The notes under the pieces are model-generated. The model made no database searches. It saw nothing but the letters and a program-made list of their open reading frames with translations, and was not told the origin of the DNA. Positions 41,301 through 50,632 of a stretch of 64,000 nt of DNA are shown here, piece after piece. Source of the DNA: Raja brachyura (lineage: Eukaryota); NCBI GenBank assembly GCA_963514005.1, contig OY740809.1, positions 18,352,001 to 18,416,000 of the forward strand. The letters are read 5' to 3'. Made by a program: the position numbers and the translations under genes. The number at the start of each line of letters is the position of its first letter. Within the stretch, counting starts at the first letter, position 1.

Positions 41301-44300
41301 TCCCCCTTTGTTAAATCCCTCCCCACCTATGTTCAAGAAACCTCAAACACTCTCCGTCGGCTCCGCACATTCCGTTGTCCAGGCCCCCATCCTCTCATCT
41401 TCACCATGGACGTCCAGTCACTATACACCTGCATCCCCCACCAGGATGGTCTCAAAGCCCTCCGGTACTTCCTCGACCAGAGGAGCAACCCATACCCATC
41501 CACTGACACCCTCCTCCGCCTAGCGGAGTTGGTCCTTACCCTCAACAACTTCTCTTTTGACTCCTCCCATTTCCTCCAAACACAAGGCGTAGCTATGGGC
41601 ACACGCATGGGCCCTAGCTACGCCTGCCTCTTTGTCGGGCACGTCGAACAATCTTTGTTCTCGGCGTACCAGGGCCCCACCCCCGACCTTTACCTCCGTT
41701 ACATTGACGACTGCTTTGGTGTCACCTCCTGCACCCACGCAGAACTGACTGACTTCATCCATTTCACCACCAACTTCCATCTGGCACTCAAATATACTTG
41801 GACCATTTCCGACATTTCCCTACCATTCCTTGACCTCACCATCTCTATTGCAGGTGATACACTCCTGACTGACATCCACTACAAACCAACTGACTCCCAC
41901 AGCTACCTGGACTACTCTTCCTCCCACCCTGCTTCCTGTAAGGACTCCATCCCCTATTCCCAATTCCTCCGTCTACGCCGCATCTGCTCCCAGGATGACG
42001 TGTTCCACACCAGGTCATCGCAAATGTCCTCGTTCTTCAGAGAACGGGGTTTCCCCTCCCCCACTATAGATGAGGCTCGCACCAGGGTCTCCTCCATACC
42101 CCGCAACACTGCCCTCTCTCCCCATTCCCCCACTCACAACAAGGGCCGAGTCCCCCTGGTCCTCACCTTTCACCCCACCAGCCAGCGCATACAACAGATA
42201 GTCCTCCGCCAGTTTCGTCACCTCCAACGTGACCCCTCCACTCGCCACATCTTCCCATCTCCCCCCCTGTCTGCCTTCCGCAAAGACCGCTCCCTCCGCA
42301 ACTCCCTCGTCAATTCTTCCCTTCCCTCCCGCTCCACTCCTTCCCCGGGCACTTTCCCTTGCAACCGCAAGAGATGCTACACTTGTCCCTTCACCTCCCC
42401 CATCCACTCCTTTCAGGGACCCAAGCAGTCATTCCAAGTCCGACAGAGGTTCACCTGCACCTCCTCCAACCTCATCTACTGCATCCGTTGCTCCAGATGC
42501 CAGCTGATCTACATCGGTGAGATCGGCTGGGCGATCGTTTCGCCGAACACCTCCGCTCGGTCCGCAATAACCAACCCGACCTCCCAGTGGCTCAGCACTT
42601 CAACTCCCCCTCCCACTCCGTATCCGACCTCTCGGTCCTGGGCCTCCTCCACGGCCAGAGTGATCAACACCGCAAGTTGGAGGAACAGCACCTCATATTC
42701 CGCTTGGGGAGTCTGCATCCTCTGGGCTTAAACATTGAATTTTCTCAATTCTGTTAACCCAGACTGCCTCCCCCCCCACCTCTCCCTCAGCCCTCTGGCC
42801 CTGACATTCCTTCTCCATCTCCCCCCCCCCCCCCCCCAGTCGCACTAGCTTCTCATTTTCACACCACAAACAGCTTACAATGGCCTGCTTCCTTTATCAC
42901 CAATACTTTTTTGCATATCTTTCACTCATTGTTCCTTATCTCTCCACATCACTGTTTATATCTCTCGTTTCCCTGATCCCTGACCAGTCTGAAGAAGGGT
43001 CTCGACCCAAAACGCCGCCTATCTCCTTCGCTCCTTAGATGCTGTTGCACCCGCTGAGTTTCTCCAGCTTTTTGTGTAACCCAAGGACTTTCATGATCTC
43101 CACTCAATAATAAGGATCATACACACAAGAGACTGCAGATGCTGGAATCTTCAGCAAACAACAAAGTGCTGGAGAAGTCACTAGGTCAGGCAACATCTAT
43201 GGAGGGAAATGGACAGACGATATTTTGAGACTGAAGAAGGGACCTGATCCGAAACAGAACCTTGTCCCTTTCCCTCCACGAATGCTGCCTGACCACTGAG
43301 TTCCTCCAGCGCTTTGATTTTTAAATAAGGAATGGACATTTGGCTGAAGCATGGAAACAATGCTTGTGTCCACAAAATTGTGATCTAAGGGTGGGATGCC
43401 AACACCTTCATAGAGCAGGACAACCTCTGCAAGGTACTGTGCTTGATGCATTGTTTAATCAATTTTTCCTTTATTCTAGACATGCCAGATTTAAACGATC
43501 AAACAGTGTGACAACAAGTGTGCAGGCTGACCTGGAACTCGAAGGCATCCCGGGGGTGTGCGTGAGCACAGAGGACAAGGGCTTCCAGTTCAACCAGCCG
43601 TTTGAGCGGCATTCCTCAGAGCCAGAGCAGTCCAATGAGTACACGTCGTTCAGAACTGTTCACACACAGGGACAGTGGGCGTACAGGGATGATTACCGGA
43701 TGCGCTATGAGAGTGCTGACGCCCAGCGCCAGGATCACTGGGGAGAATCCAGTGTTCACAACCACCCAGAGCCCGGCAGAGTGTCTCCGTGCCACAGAGA
43801 TGGCGACTGGTTTATCAAGTTGCTGCAGGCAGAGGTAGAACGATTGGAGGGTTGGTGTCAGCAGATGGAGAGAGAAGCTGAGGACAATGACCTACCTGAA
43901 GAGGGTGAGTTCTGGCCACGTATTTAAGGGCCTGTCCCACTTGTGCGTCATTTGTGCAGCATTTATGCAACATAATTTACGCGTCACGACACATGACATG
44001 CACATGGTGAGGTGTGGTGGCATATGCAGTGACGCGCGGTAGCGCACGGCGCCCCAGGATTTTGGGATTCTCAAAATCCTCGCTCGCCACTAGCGTGACG
44101 AGCAAATGATGCCCAAGTGGGACAGGGCCTTTAAGTGCCTTAGTAAAAGTGTTATTCCATGATAACGATAATTTGCACTTGTTTCAAATGCCTTTCGAGA
44201 TGAGAAATGAATCCCTTAGATTCTTTCCCATCAGAACCTCTTTCATTTTATGTGTTGTCTCAAGGAATCGAAGATGCTGGAATTTTGCGTTGAATACAAG

Positions 44301-47300
44301 GTGCAGGAATAACTCAGCGGGTCAGGCAGATTCTCTGGGGAACATGAAGAGACGAGCTATCGGGTCAGGGAAGAAGAGTCCCGACTCAAAACGGTGCCTT
44401 TCCATGTCCTCCAGAGATTCTTCCTGGCCTGCTGATCGCACCAACACTTTGTGTTCATATTATATGTTATTTTGTTGCTGTGAAGACCTGAAATGTCACG
44501 CATTGCTTCCCTCCAGAGATGCTGCCTGTCCCGCTGAGTTACTCTAGCATTTTGTGTCTTTCTTTGGTGTAAACCAGCATCTGCAGTTCCTTCCTACACA
44601 TCACATGCGTTTGGGTGGGTTGACGAGTGGATATATTTTGATGCACAATGTTTCACATATTGTGGGGGACAATTTGTGATACGTTGTGAAAGGGTGCGGA
44701 TCTTTCTCTGTCCATTATCATCAGCTTGGGCAGCATCCTTAACCTGAGTTTGATATTGTTGCGTCATAATGAGTTTAGAAGTGTATAAAATATCTCCACT
44801 TTTCCCCCATTTTCCTATTGACATGCTCAGTTATTTTTCACGCCCTCCTTATATATATATAATCAACCGCTGCCAATCAAGCTGTTTCTGGCCATTCGAC
44901 CAGAGTATTTTATTGGCTGTCACGAGGAGGTGTGTGCAAATTTCTCCCAGTTTTATCCTTGTAGCTTGGTTCCCTCCTTACTCCCAAGCAATCTTTGGGA
45001 ATGCCTGGCACAAGTTTGATGCATAGCTCTCTACATCACCGTCTATATCTCTTGTTTCCCTTTCCCCTGACTCTCAGTCTGAAGAAGGGTCTCGACTCAA
45101 AATGCCATCGATTCCTTTTCTCCAGAGATGCTGTCTGATCCGCTGAGTTACTCCAGCTTTTTGTGTCTACCTTTCCTACACAATATTAGTTTAGTTCCGA
45201 ATATCAGCCCACCGAATCCATGCCCACCAGAGATCACCCATACACTATTTCTATCCTACACACTGGGGATGATTTACAGAAGCCAATTAACCTACAAACC
45301 TGGAAATTATCTAGATCAAACACACTAAAATTAAACTGCGATGTGAGAACAAGATCTTTTTGATGGGAAGTTTGCCCAAATTTCCTGACAGTAACATTAG
45401 TGTATGCTGGAAGATCAAACTTTCCAAAAATATTAGGGAATCATCATAAACATCTGAGCCTGGGAAAGTTTGGAATTGCACAAGCTTCTGATTATAGATG
45501 TGAAATTCAAACCACTGTGCAAATCCAAGTTTAGTGGAGAAGAGCATTTATTGTAGAATTGAGCTGAAAAACTTAATGCTGATAATCTTAATGTGTCATT
45601 TATTGAATTGGTTGAAAGATCCAGCTTGGAAAACTTTGGCCTTTGGCCCACCGAGTTGACATCGACCATCAATCGCCCATTCACATCAGTTCTATATTAT
45701 CCCACTTTTTGCATCAACTCTCTACACGCAAGGGGCAATTTACAGAGTCCAATGAACCTACAAACCCACACGTCTTTGGGAAGTGAAAGGAAACCGGAAC
45801 ACCCAGAGAAGACCCACGTGGTCACAGAGAGAACATGCAAACTCTACACAGATAGCTCCCATAGTCAGGATCAAACTCACGTCTCCGGTGATGTGAGGCA
45901 GCAGCTCTGCCACCTATGCCATCTTCTGCTCTTCCTTTCCCTAAAGGTGCATACTTTTCCTATGATATTGTTATGTATCACATCAATGAATCATATTGGC
46001 CAGTGGCCAATGTCTTGCATGAAATGTTGATAGGCCCATTTGACGTCCACTGTCCTAAATTAACTTTCTAATTTGAATCTCACTCTGCTATTCTTTTCCT
46101 TTAACTCAACAATTTTTCATTCAAGTCATTTTGATGGCTGCTGTTGACTCCACTGCCTTTCCCATTTCAACAGTACATTCCAGATTTGAGAAAGTTGCTG
46201 CAACAACAAATGTGAAAGATATTTGACCTTGATCTCCTCCTGGATGATGTCTCTTCATTCCACTACTGTAAAAAAACTCTGCCTCAGAGGGCGGTGGACG
46301 CTGGTTCTCTGGATACTTTCAAGAGAGAGCTAGATAGGGCTCTTAAAGATAACAAACTCAGGGGATATGGGGAGAAGGCAGGAACAGGGGTACTGATTAG
46401 GGATGTTCAGCCATGATCACATTGAATAGCGGTGCTGGCTCGATGGGCCGATTGGCCTACTCCTGCACCTATTGGCTAAGATACAACCTCTTCAAAACAT
46501 TTCACTTATTTTCTATCCCTATCACCTCGCAGAGACAACTGGCAGGATGATTATTTGATCCTGCACTCTTCTGTTAAGGTTACTGCACAGCTGTGTGATA
46601 TGTCTCCTTGTGGCACACAAAAGAGGCATTCATAAAATCCAGGGAGTCGACAGTCTGAACTCCCTTTCAATCAGCGGTTGAGAAAAATGAAGTTTTGGGA
46701 GCTAATTCGTTTAAGATTAATGATTTACAGATCTGGTGCAACATTTGTATTTAGAATCTAATGTATCTCTCCCTCTGTGTTTTAGTGCTTGAAAAGATCC
46801 GCAGTGCAGTGGGCAGCGCCCAACTTCTTATGTCACAGAAGTTCCAGCAGTTTTACCGACTTTGCCAGCAGAACATGGTAAATTGCCAGGGTGGAGGGAT
46901 GGGGCATGTCCTTCAGCTTAGAGAGGGGAGGGAATTGACTCTTTGAATTATTCTGTTCACATGCTGGAGAGCAGTTCTGAGCAACTATCTACCTCAGTGG
47001 AAAACCCTCAGACTATCTTTAATCGGACTTTGCTGGACTTTATCTTGCATTAAGTATTATTCCGTTTATCATGTATCTGTACACTGTGGATGGTTCGAAT
47101 GTAATCATGTCTTGTCTTTTCACTGACTGGTTAGCATGCAACAAAAGCTTTTCACTGTGCCTTGGTACACGTGACAATTGATGCATTTTATTTTGAAGAA
47201 GCTCCTGCTTTCAACCTTAGAACTTGCTAATCCTTTTATCAGCTGAGTGTTTGATGTCTCTGGGCTTGTACTCACTAGAGTTTAAAAGGATGAGTGGGGA

Positions 47301-50300
47301 TCTCATTGAAACTCACTGAATAATGAAAGGCATAGATAGAGTGGATGGGGAGAGAATGTTTCCATTAGTGGGAGAGTATAGGACCAGAAGGCACAGCCTC
47401 AAAGTAAAATGATGTACCTTTAAAATGGAAATGAGGAAGAATTTGTGGTGAATTTATGAATTCATGAATTAATTGAATTCAACCTGAATTAATTGTCACA
47501 GGCAGAAATGGAGCCATGTCATTGGGTATTTTTTAAATGCAGATTGATAGGTACTTGATTAGTAAGTTAGGCAGGCAGCATCTCTGGATAAAATGCATAG
47601 TGATGTTTCATATTGGGATCCATCTGTCTGAAGAAGGGTCCTGACCCGAAACATCGCCTATCCATTTTCTCTGGAGATGCTGCCTGACCCGCTGAGTTAC
47701 TCCAGCATTATGTGCCTATCATTTCAACACAGTGTTTTTCTTTGCAATAAAAACTGAATTGTCTTCAGGCATTAATGTTAAAATAAGGATCTTTCTTAGA
47801 TGTCATCTTCTGCCTCTCTTGAGTTTCTCTTTCCTACGCTCTCAATAAAACATCGGTAGGGAAAGTAACTGAGACGCATTTATCGGCCAGCTTGCAAGCT
47901 TTAGATTTTTTCCTGTTGTTGCTTCTTTTGTGTTCCCAGGATCCGAATGCTTTCCCTTTGCCTACCTCCCAGGACTTGGCGGGATTCTGGGATCTCTTGC
48001 AACTGTCTGTTGAGGATGTGACTTTGAAGTTTGATGAGTTGTTACAGATAAAGGCCAATAATTGGAAATTGCTGGAGGCTTCAGATAGAAAGGTAAGACG
48101 TGCATGAACTTGGCATGTACAAATCTGCGCATGCTGATTTAGCTTACTGAGCTAATACCTGAGTATGGTCAAATGTGTCTTGCAGAGGTGTTCTCACCAT
48201 AATAAGAAAATAAAATCCAACATGCACGTACAAACTTCAAGTCATGGTTGCAGGGCTGATTTTGATTAAAGTTTGTATAATTTCTGATCGAGAGACAATG
48301 ATGCAAAGCAACAAAAATAATAAAGAGCATAAATGTTTTTTTGACTATTCCAGACACATAATCCACTACTTAGTCATAACCTTTTACCACATAGGGTAAT
48401 CTCCCCTTGCTAATAATATTACAAATAGAAGAAAAAGTTTCAAAACTTTTTTTTAAGCAGAAGCAGCCACAGATACCAACATTGATAGAAAAATCTGGTA
48501 ATCAGGTGTGACATGAAGATCAATGGCAGTCGTAGTGGCCTTCCATCTACATTCTTGTAGTTAGGGCAATACATCAGGAGGAGAGACAGTGAATGTAGAG
48601 ATGGCCGAATGGGAAATCAAACGCATCCGGGAGCGTGATTTTGTCGAAGGAGTACGTGAACCATTCCGGAAATCTGAATGGGGGGATCTACTGATTAGTG
48701 AGCTCCATTTATTTAATGAAGGCCTACTGATGTTACAGAAAAGAGACAAGAAGCAGCCCAAAGATGGGGGAGTTATGGATGCGTGCAGGTGATAATGTAG
48801 GAACAGATTACTGTGGCAAAGTTATGTGGAGAAATCAAACGGAGGCCTAGTAATTTGGGAGTCAACATTCTTAGCCTGGGTTTAGAGAGGATGGTGATGA
48901 TTGCATTTTGATAATGATATCTCTCAGTGCAGTGATCTAGTTATGTGATGAACTCCTTCTTCATTTTACAAAGTCACCTTTCCCATACTCATCATGCGCC
49001 AACAGGTTATGTGTTCACAAGCACAATGAAATTGGTTTAGCACAGAAGCTGGAGCAATTTAGACAAATGTACAGTATCTACACAAAAGTGAACTCATTTA
49101 TGCTTCTGCTATTGTATTTTCTGCCCCCTGCAGTATCCTGCTCTTCCCAATCCTGCACTTACCCTTGCTGCCATATTTGCTTGCTGATACTTTGACTACA
49201 ACCCCTTTTGCTTCCAAGCCCCCTACTCTTGCTCATGCACCACTCACTCATTCTCCGCACCCTCTGTCAGCTCCCTCAAATCAAACAAGACATATCACTT
49301 TTCTGGAGCCATTTAACTTCTCCTTCAACCCCAGACCATGCCAGCTTCTTACCATCCAATGCTCATTCCCCAAACTCATCAAACTGTCTCTCTCCTCTGG
49401 CACATTTGCTCACTTTTTTCAAACCTATTACCATTAAACTCCTGTGAACTGCTGTAATTATTAACCAAGTGGAGACAAAAAGAGACATAATTTCCATCCC
49501 CTCACTCAAAAATCATCCAACAATATGTAAAAGTGAAATGATTTCATTCATTAGATGATATTAAGGATGTACAGTACATATGTTGCTCTCCATTGCCACC
49601 CTTGCCAATACACAATCACACACATATTTCTGAGCACACTTCTTGTTCTAAGTCTTCCAGCAACTATGCCCTCTAGTGTTGTTGTGTTATTTTGTGGTGT
49701 AACTGCATTTCCCTTGTAGAAACATCAGGTGCATTTTCACATTAACATTGTGTATTATTCTGAATTTGCCTGGTATCTCGGGTGTGAGATGAAAGAAAAC
49801 AGGTGTTCTTTACAAGGTTTCGAGGGTTTTCAAGATCAGTTTATTGTCACGTACAAATTAATGTACAATTAAATTCAGATTGCCACACGGTCATACCAAT
49901 AAAGAGCAACAAGACACCCATGCTCAACATGTGAATCTGTATAGTTAATCGCGAAGATAAACACTAGAATAGTTATGTTTATCCCGTCTGGCTCACAAGA
50001 CCGACACCATATAGTCACAATCTTCAAGGCCATTGTTTTCTCTCCTTATCCTCTGACTTGGCACACACTTTGACATTAACATCTCCATCGTTCTTGAATA
50101 GTTCAACTCCATTTGTGTTTTAATTTTCTTTCATTATTACCTTACCATCATGAGAATGCTTTTTTTATACCCTCTAATCCGGGCAACATCCTGGTGCACC
50201 TCCTCTGCACTCCCTCCAAAACCTCCCCGTTCAGTCCTGTAATGGGGTGAACAAAACCGCACACAATGTTCCCAATGCAGCCGAACCAATGTTTTATAAA

Positions 50301-50632
50301 GCGGCATCTCGACTGGCAAACACATGAGTTGACTAAAAAGGAAACTAGATTCGAAGAGGTAGACCGGAAATTGTACTAATGCAACTCATTATCCAAACTC
50401 TTTTTATTGATAGGATGAAATGAAGATGCCCCCTCCTATACCAAAGAAACCACCGAAGGGAAGGTTATCCCAGGCACGGGAGAAGTCATTGGAACTTGCA
50501 GACAGACAGAGGCAAGAAGCGAGGAAACGACTCATGGCTGCTAAAAGAGCAGCTTCGTATCGACAAAACTCTGCCACAGAGAGCGCAGATAGCATTGAAA
50601 TCTACATCCCCGAGGCTCAAACCAGGCTTTGA
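14107..50632 (+). CDS. DLGAP3: DLGAP3/SAPAP3-like gene, 3' nine coding exons (partial; 5' exons upstream of the window)
   Basis: Exons 14107-14327, 21032-21203, 24413-24650, 31036-31376, 36498-36592, 43480-43904, 46786-46877, 47940-48092, 50414-50632 splice in one frame (1956 nt). Peptides match DLGAP3 as I recall it: KDGEIPCRRMRSGSYIKAMGD, VCESVFGEMESQAVEALDLPGCFRMRSHSYLRAIQAGCSQDDDCL, RQRKWR, REFHSIGVQVE, FKRSNSVT.SVQADLELEG, FRTVHTQGQWAYR, and the C-terminal GH1 domain ending EAQTRL. Confidence 0.9.
15533..16790 (-). mobile_element. Nested CR1 LINE fragments (younger copy ~15834-16196 inside an older one)
   Basis: Minus ORFs 16010-16201 and 16241-16444 carry CR1 ORF2 motifs (HLDYCVQFWS, LERQRLRGDLI, RVLNLWNSLP); two separate 3' tails. 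Confidence 0.85.
16890..17144 (-). mobile_element. tRNA-derived SINE, 5'-truncated
   Basis: Same family on the reverse strand. Confidence 0.8.
18170..18566 (+). mobile_element. tRNA-derived SINE with a minus-strand Penelope-end repeat (~18438-18528) in its 3' tail
   Basis: A/B boxes at ~18183-18237; ggcctgtt appears on both sides of the insert; tail ctaaactaaac. Confidence 0.85.
21032..21203 (+). CDS. DLGAP3: DLGAP3 coding exon 2 in window (not in ORF track)
   Basis: Pyrimidine tract then catatag|G, donor CAG|gtaaga. 172 nt links phase 2 to phase 0. Reads FSCKHCSDPYICSHSHLRGQTAMNYSLDNLHRSSIRTPSKHQARSQGYSRMLNANNQ; the end resembles mammalian ...PGYSRSLTTGQ. Confidence 0.82.
21968..22450 (-). 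mobile_element. Penelope-like 3' fragment (terminal repeat, 3' UTR, degraded ORF end)
   Basis: Family terminus, purine-rich UTR complement, then a degenerate match to the endonuclease C-terminus. Confidence 0.7.
23049..23529 (+). mobile_element. CR1/HER1 LINE 3' end, young
   Basis: ORF 23067-23351 (LSYEQRLHRLGLYSLEFRRLRGDLIE...TRGHSLR...FFTQRVVGLWNSLP) is the CR1 ORF2 C-terminus; (tttctatg)n tail. Confidence 0.92.
24413..24650 (+). CDS. DLGAP3: DLGAP3 coding exon 3 in window
   Basis: aatag|ATG ... ACAT|gtaagt. MDDADLNRQFEVVCESVFGEMESQAVEALDLPGCFRMRSHSYLRAIQAGCSQDDDCL...; ends in phase 1. Confidence 0.95.
26421..26721 (-). mobile_element. tRNA-derived SINE
   Basis: Same family, degraded. 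Confidence 0.75.
29490..29760 (-). mobile_element. tRNA-derived SINE
   Basis: ggatcgaaccc (B box complement) at ~29700. Confidence 0.75.
30416..30730 (-). mobile_element. tRNA-derived SINE
   Basis: (tttag)n tail complement through gcagcaactctacc. Confidence 0.85.
31036..31376 (+). CDS. DLGAP3: DLGAP3 coding exon 4 in window
   Basis: ttccag|CA ... ATACAG|gtaaac. FTYKKAPPIPPRMATKPIISVTAQSSTESTQDAY...RQRKWRSSVGIQ. Confidence 0.93.
31525..31560. repeat. (GGGGAA)n simple repeat
   Basis: Direct reading. Confidence 0.85.
32812..33345 (-). mobile_element. Penelope-like 3' fragment
   Basis: Minus ORF 33173-33403 contains DLPVLGLLHCQSEAKHKLEEQYILRLG, homologous to the GIY-YIG tail at ~42625-42715; UTR and terminal repeat follow. 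Confidence 0.85.
35185..35655 (+). mobile_element. CR1 LINE 3' fragment, degraded
   Basis: gagtactgggtgcagttc...gggccgaagggcctgt...tctatgttcta. Confidence 0.75.
36498..36592 (+). CDS. DLGAP3: DLGAP3 coding exon 5 in window (dynein light chain-binding-type GVQV motif; not in ORF track)
   Basis: catcag|GTG ... AAACG|gtaagc. VDSSETMTDSDTESKGLREFHSIGVQVEDNK(R); 95 nt, phase 0 to 2. Confidence 0.93.
38190..39330 (+). mobile_element. Two adjacent CR1 3' fragments (~38190-38527 and ~38600-39330)
   Basis: Degenerate CR1 ORF2 end and 3' tails. Confidence 0.75.
38679..38898. mobile_element. Inverted Penelope-end pair with 15-bp TSD, inserted in a CR1 fragment
   Basis: ATGATCCCAGGGATA at 38664-38678 and 38899-38913. 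Confidence 0.85.
40175..40597 (+). mobile_element. SINE 5' part (40175-~40412) abutting a CR1 3' fragment (~40418-40597)
   Basis: SINE head and core, then aataaggggtaggccatttaggactgagatgaag...ggatgatcag. Confidence 0.75.
40600..40900 (-). mobile_element. RTE-clade LINE remnant
   Basis: Minus strand encodes WAGHI.RMPDTR.P...GQRKRFKDVLK across frameshifts, typical of the RTE ORF C-terminus. Confidence 0.65.
41117..43082 (+). mobile_element. Penelope-like retroelement, 5'-truncated, with 12-bp TSD
   Basis: AAGGACTTTCAT at 41105-41116 and 43083-43094. Contains RT and GIY-YIG coding sequence, a pyrimidine-rich 3' UTR and a terminal hammerhead-like repeat (42986-43082). Confidence 0.92.
41124..42757 (+). 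pseudogene. Penelope-like reverse transcriptase + GIY-YIG endonuclease ORF (truncated, one frameshift)
   Basis: Stop-free from 41124: FYLLPKIHK..PGRPIVS, TMDVQSLY, QTQGVAMG, YLRYIDD, LPFLDL, then NLIYCIRCSRCQLIYIGE. Frameshift at ~42522, after which the other frame reads RLGDRFAEH...LEEQHLIFRLGSLHPLGLNIEFSQFC to TAA at 42755-42757. Confidence 0.9.
43128..43320. mobile_element. Older inverted Penelope-end pair
   Basis: actgcagatgctgg...caacatct on minus, then ctgaagaagggacctgatccgaaac...gagttcctccagc on plus. Confidence 0.7.
43480..43904 (+). CDS. DLGAP3: DLGAP3 coding exon 6 in window (start of GH1/GKAP domain)
   Basis: ttctag|A ... GAGG|gtgagt. HARFKRSNSVTTSVQADLELEG...RDGDWFIKLLQAEVERLEGWCQQMEREAEDNDLPEE. 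Confidence 0.95.
43927..44130. mobile_element. MITE, PIF/Harbinger-like
   Basis: TIRs agggcctgtcccacttgtgcgtcattt / aaatgatgcccaagtgggacagggcct; TTA TSD at 43924-43926 and 44131-44133. Confidence 0.88.
44260..44600. mobile_element. Cluster of Penelope-end repeats
   Basis: Degraded inverted pair plus a plus-strand tail ending aaaccagcatctgcagttccttcctacaca. Confidence 0.7.
45026..45172 (+). mobile_element. Penelope-like 3' UTR and terminal repeat
   Basis: Matches ~42938-43080. Confidence 0.8.
45636..45922 (-). mobile_element. tRNA-derived SINE
   Basis: Same family on the reverse strand. Confidence 0.8.
46274..46475 (+). mobile_element. CR1 LINE 3' tail
   Basis: ctctgcctcagagggcggtgg...ggcctactcctgcacct. 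Confidence 0.85.
46786..46877 (+). CDS. DLGAP3: DLGAP3 coding exon 7 in window
   Basis: ttttag|TG ... ATG|gtaaat. VLEKIRSAVGSAQLLMSQKFQQFYRLCQQNM. Confidence 0.95.
47568..47720. mobile_element. Inverted Penelope-end pair
   Basis: caggcagcatctctgg... then gtctgaagaagggtcctgacccgaaacatc...gatgctgcctg. Confidence 0.75.
47940..48092 (+). CDS. DLGAP3: DLGAP3 coding exon 8 in window
   Basis: tcccag|GAT ... AAG|gtaaga. DPNAFPLPTSQDLAGFWDLLQLSVEDVTLKFDELLQIKANNWKLLEASDRK. Confidence 0.95.
50414..50632 (+). CDS. DLGAP3: DLGAP3 terminal coding exon with PDZ-binding C-terminus
   Basis: tgatag|GAT. DEMKMPPPIPKKP...RQRQEARKRLMAAKRAASYRQNSATESADSIEIYIPEAQTRL then TGA. Confidence 0.96.
   Translation, partial: DEMKMPPPIPKKPPKGRLSQAREKSLELADRQRQEARKRLMAAKRAASYRQNSATESADSIEIYIPEAQTRL

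Noticed and set aside
48560-48800. ORF 48589-48792 as an extra exon
   Set aside because: Exons 8 and 9 join in frame with a complete GH1 domain; no DLGAP similarity or convincing splice sites. Possibly an ancient LINE remnant.
14107-50632. Assignment to DLGAP1, DLGAP2 or DLGAP4
   Set aside because: Motifs such as RQRKWR, DSDTE..REFHSIGVQVE, ADLELEG and FRTVHTQGQWAYR match DLGAP3 as recalled; a phylogeny or synteny check would settle it.
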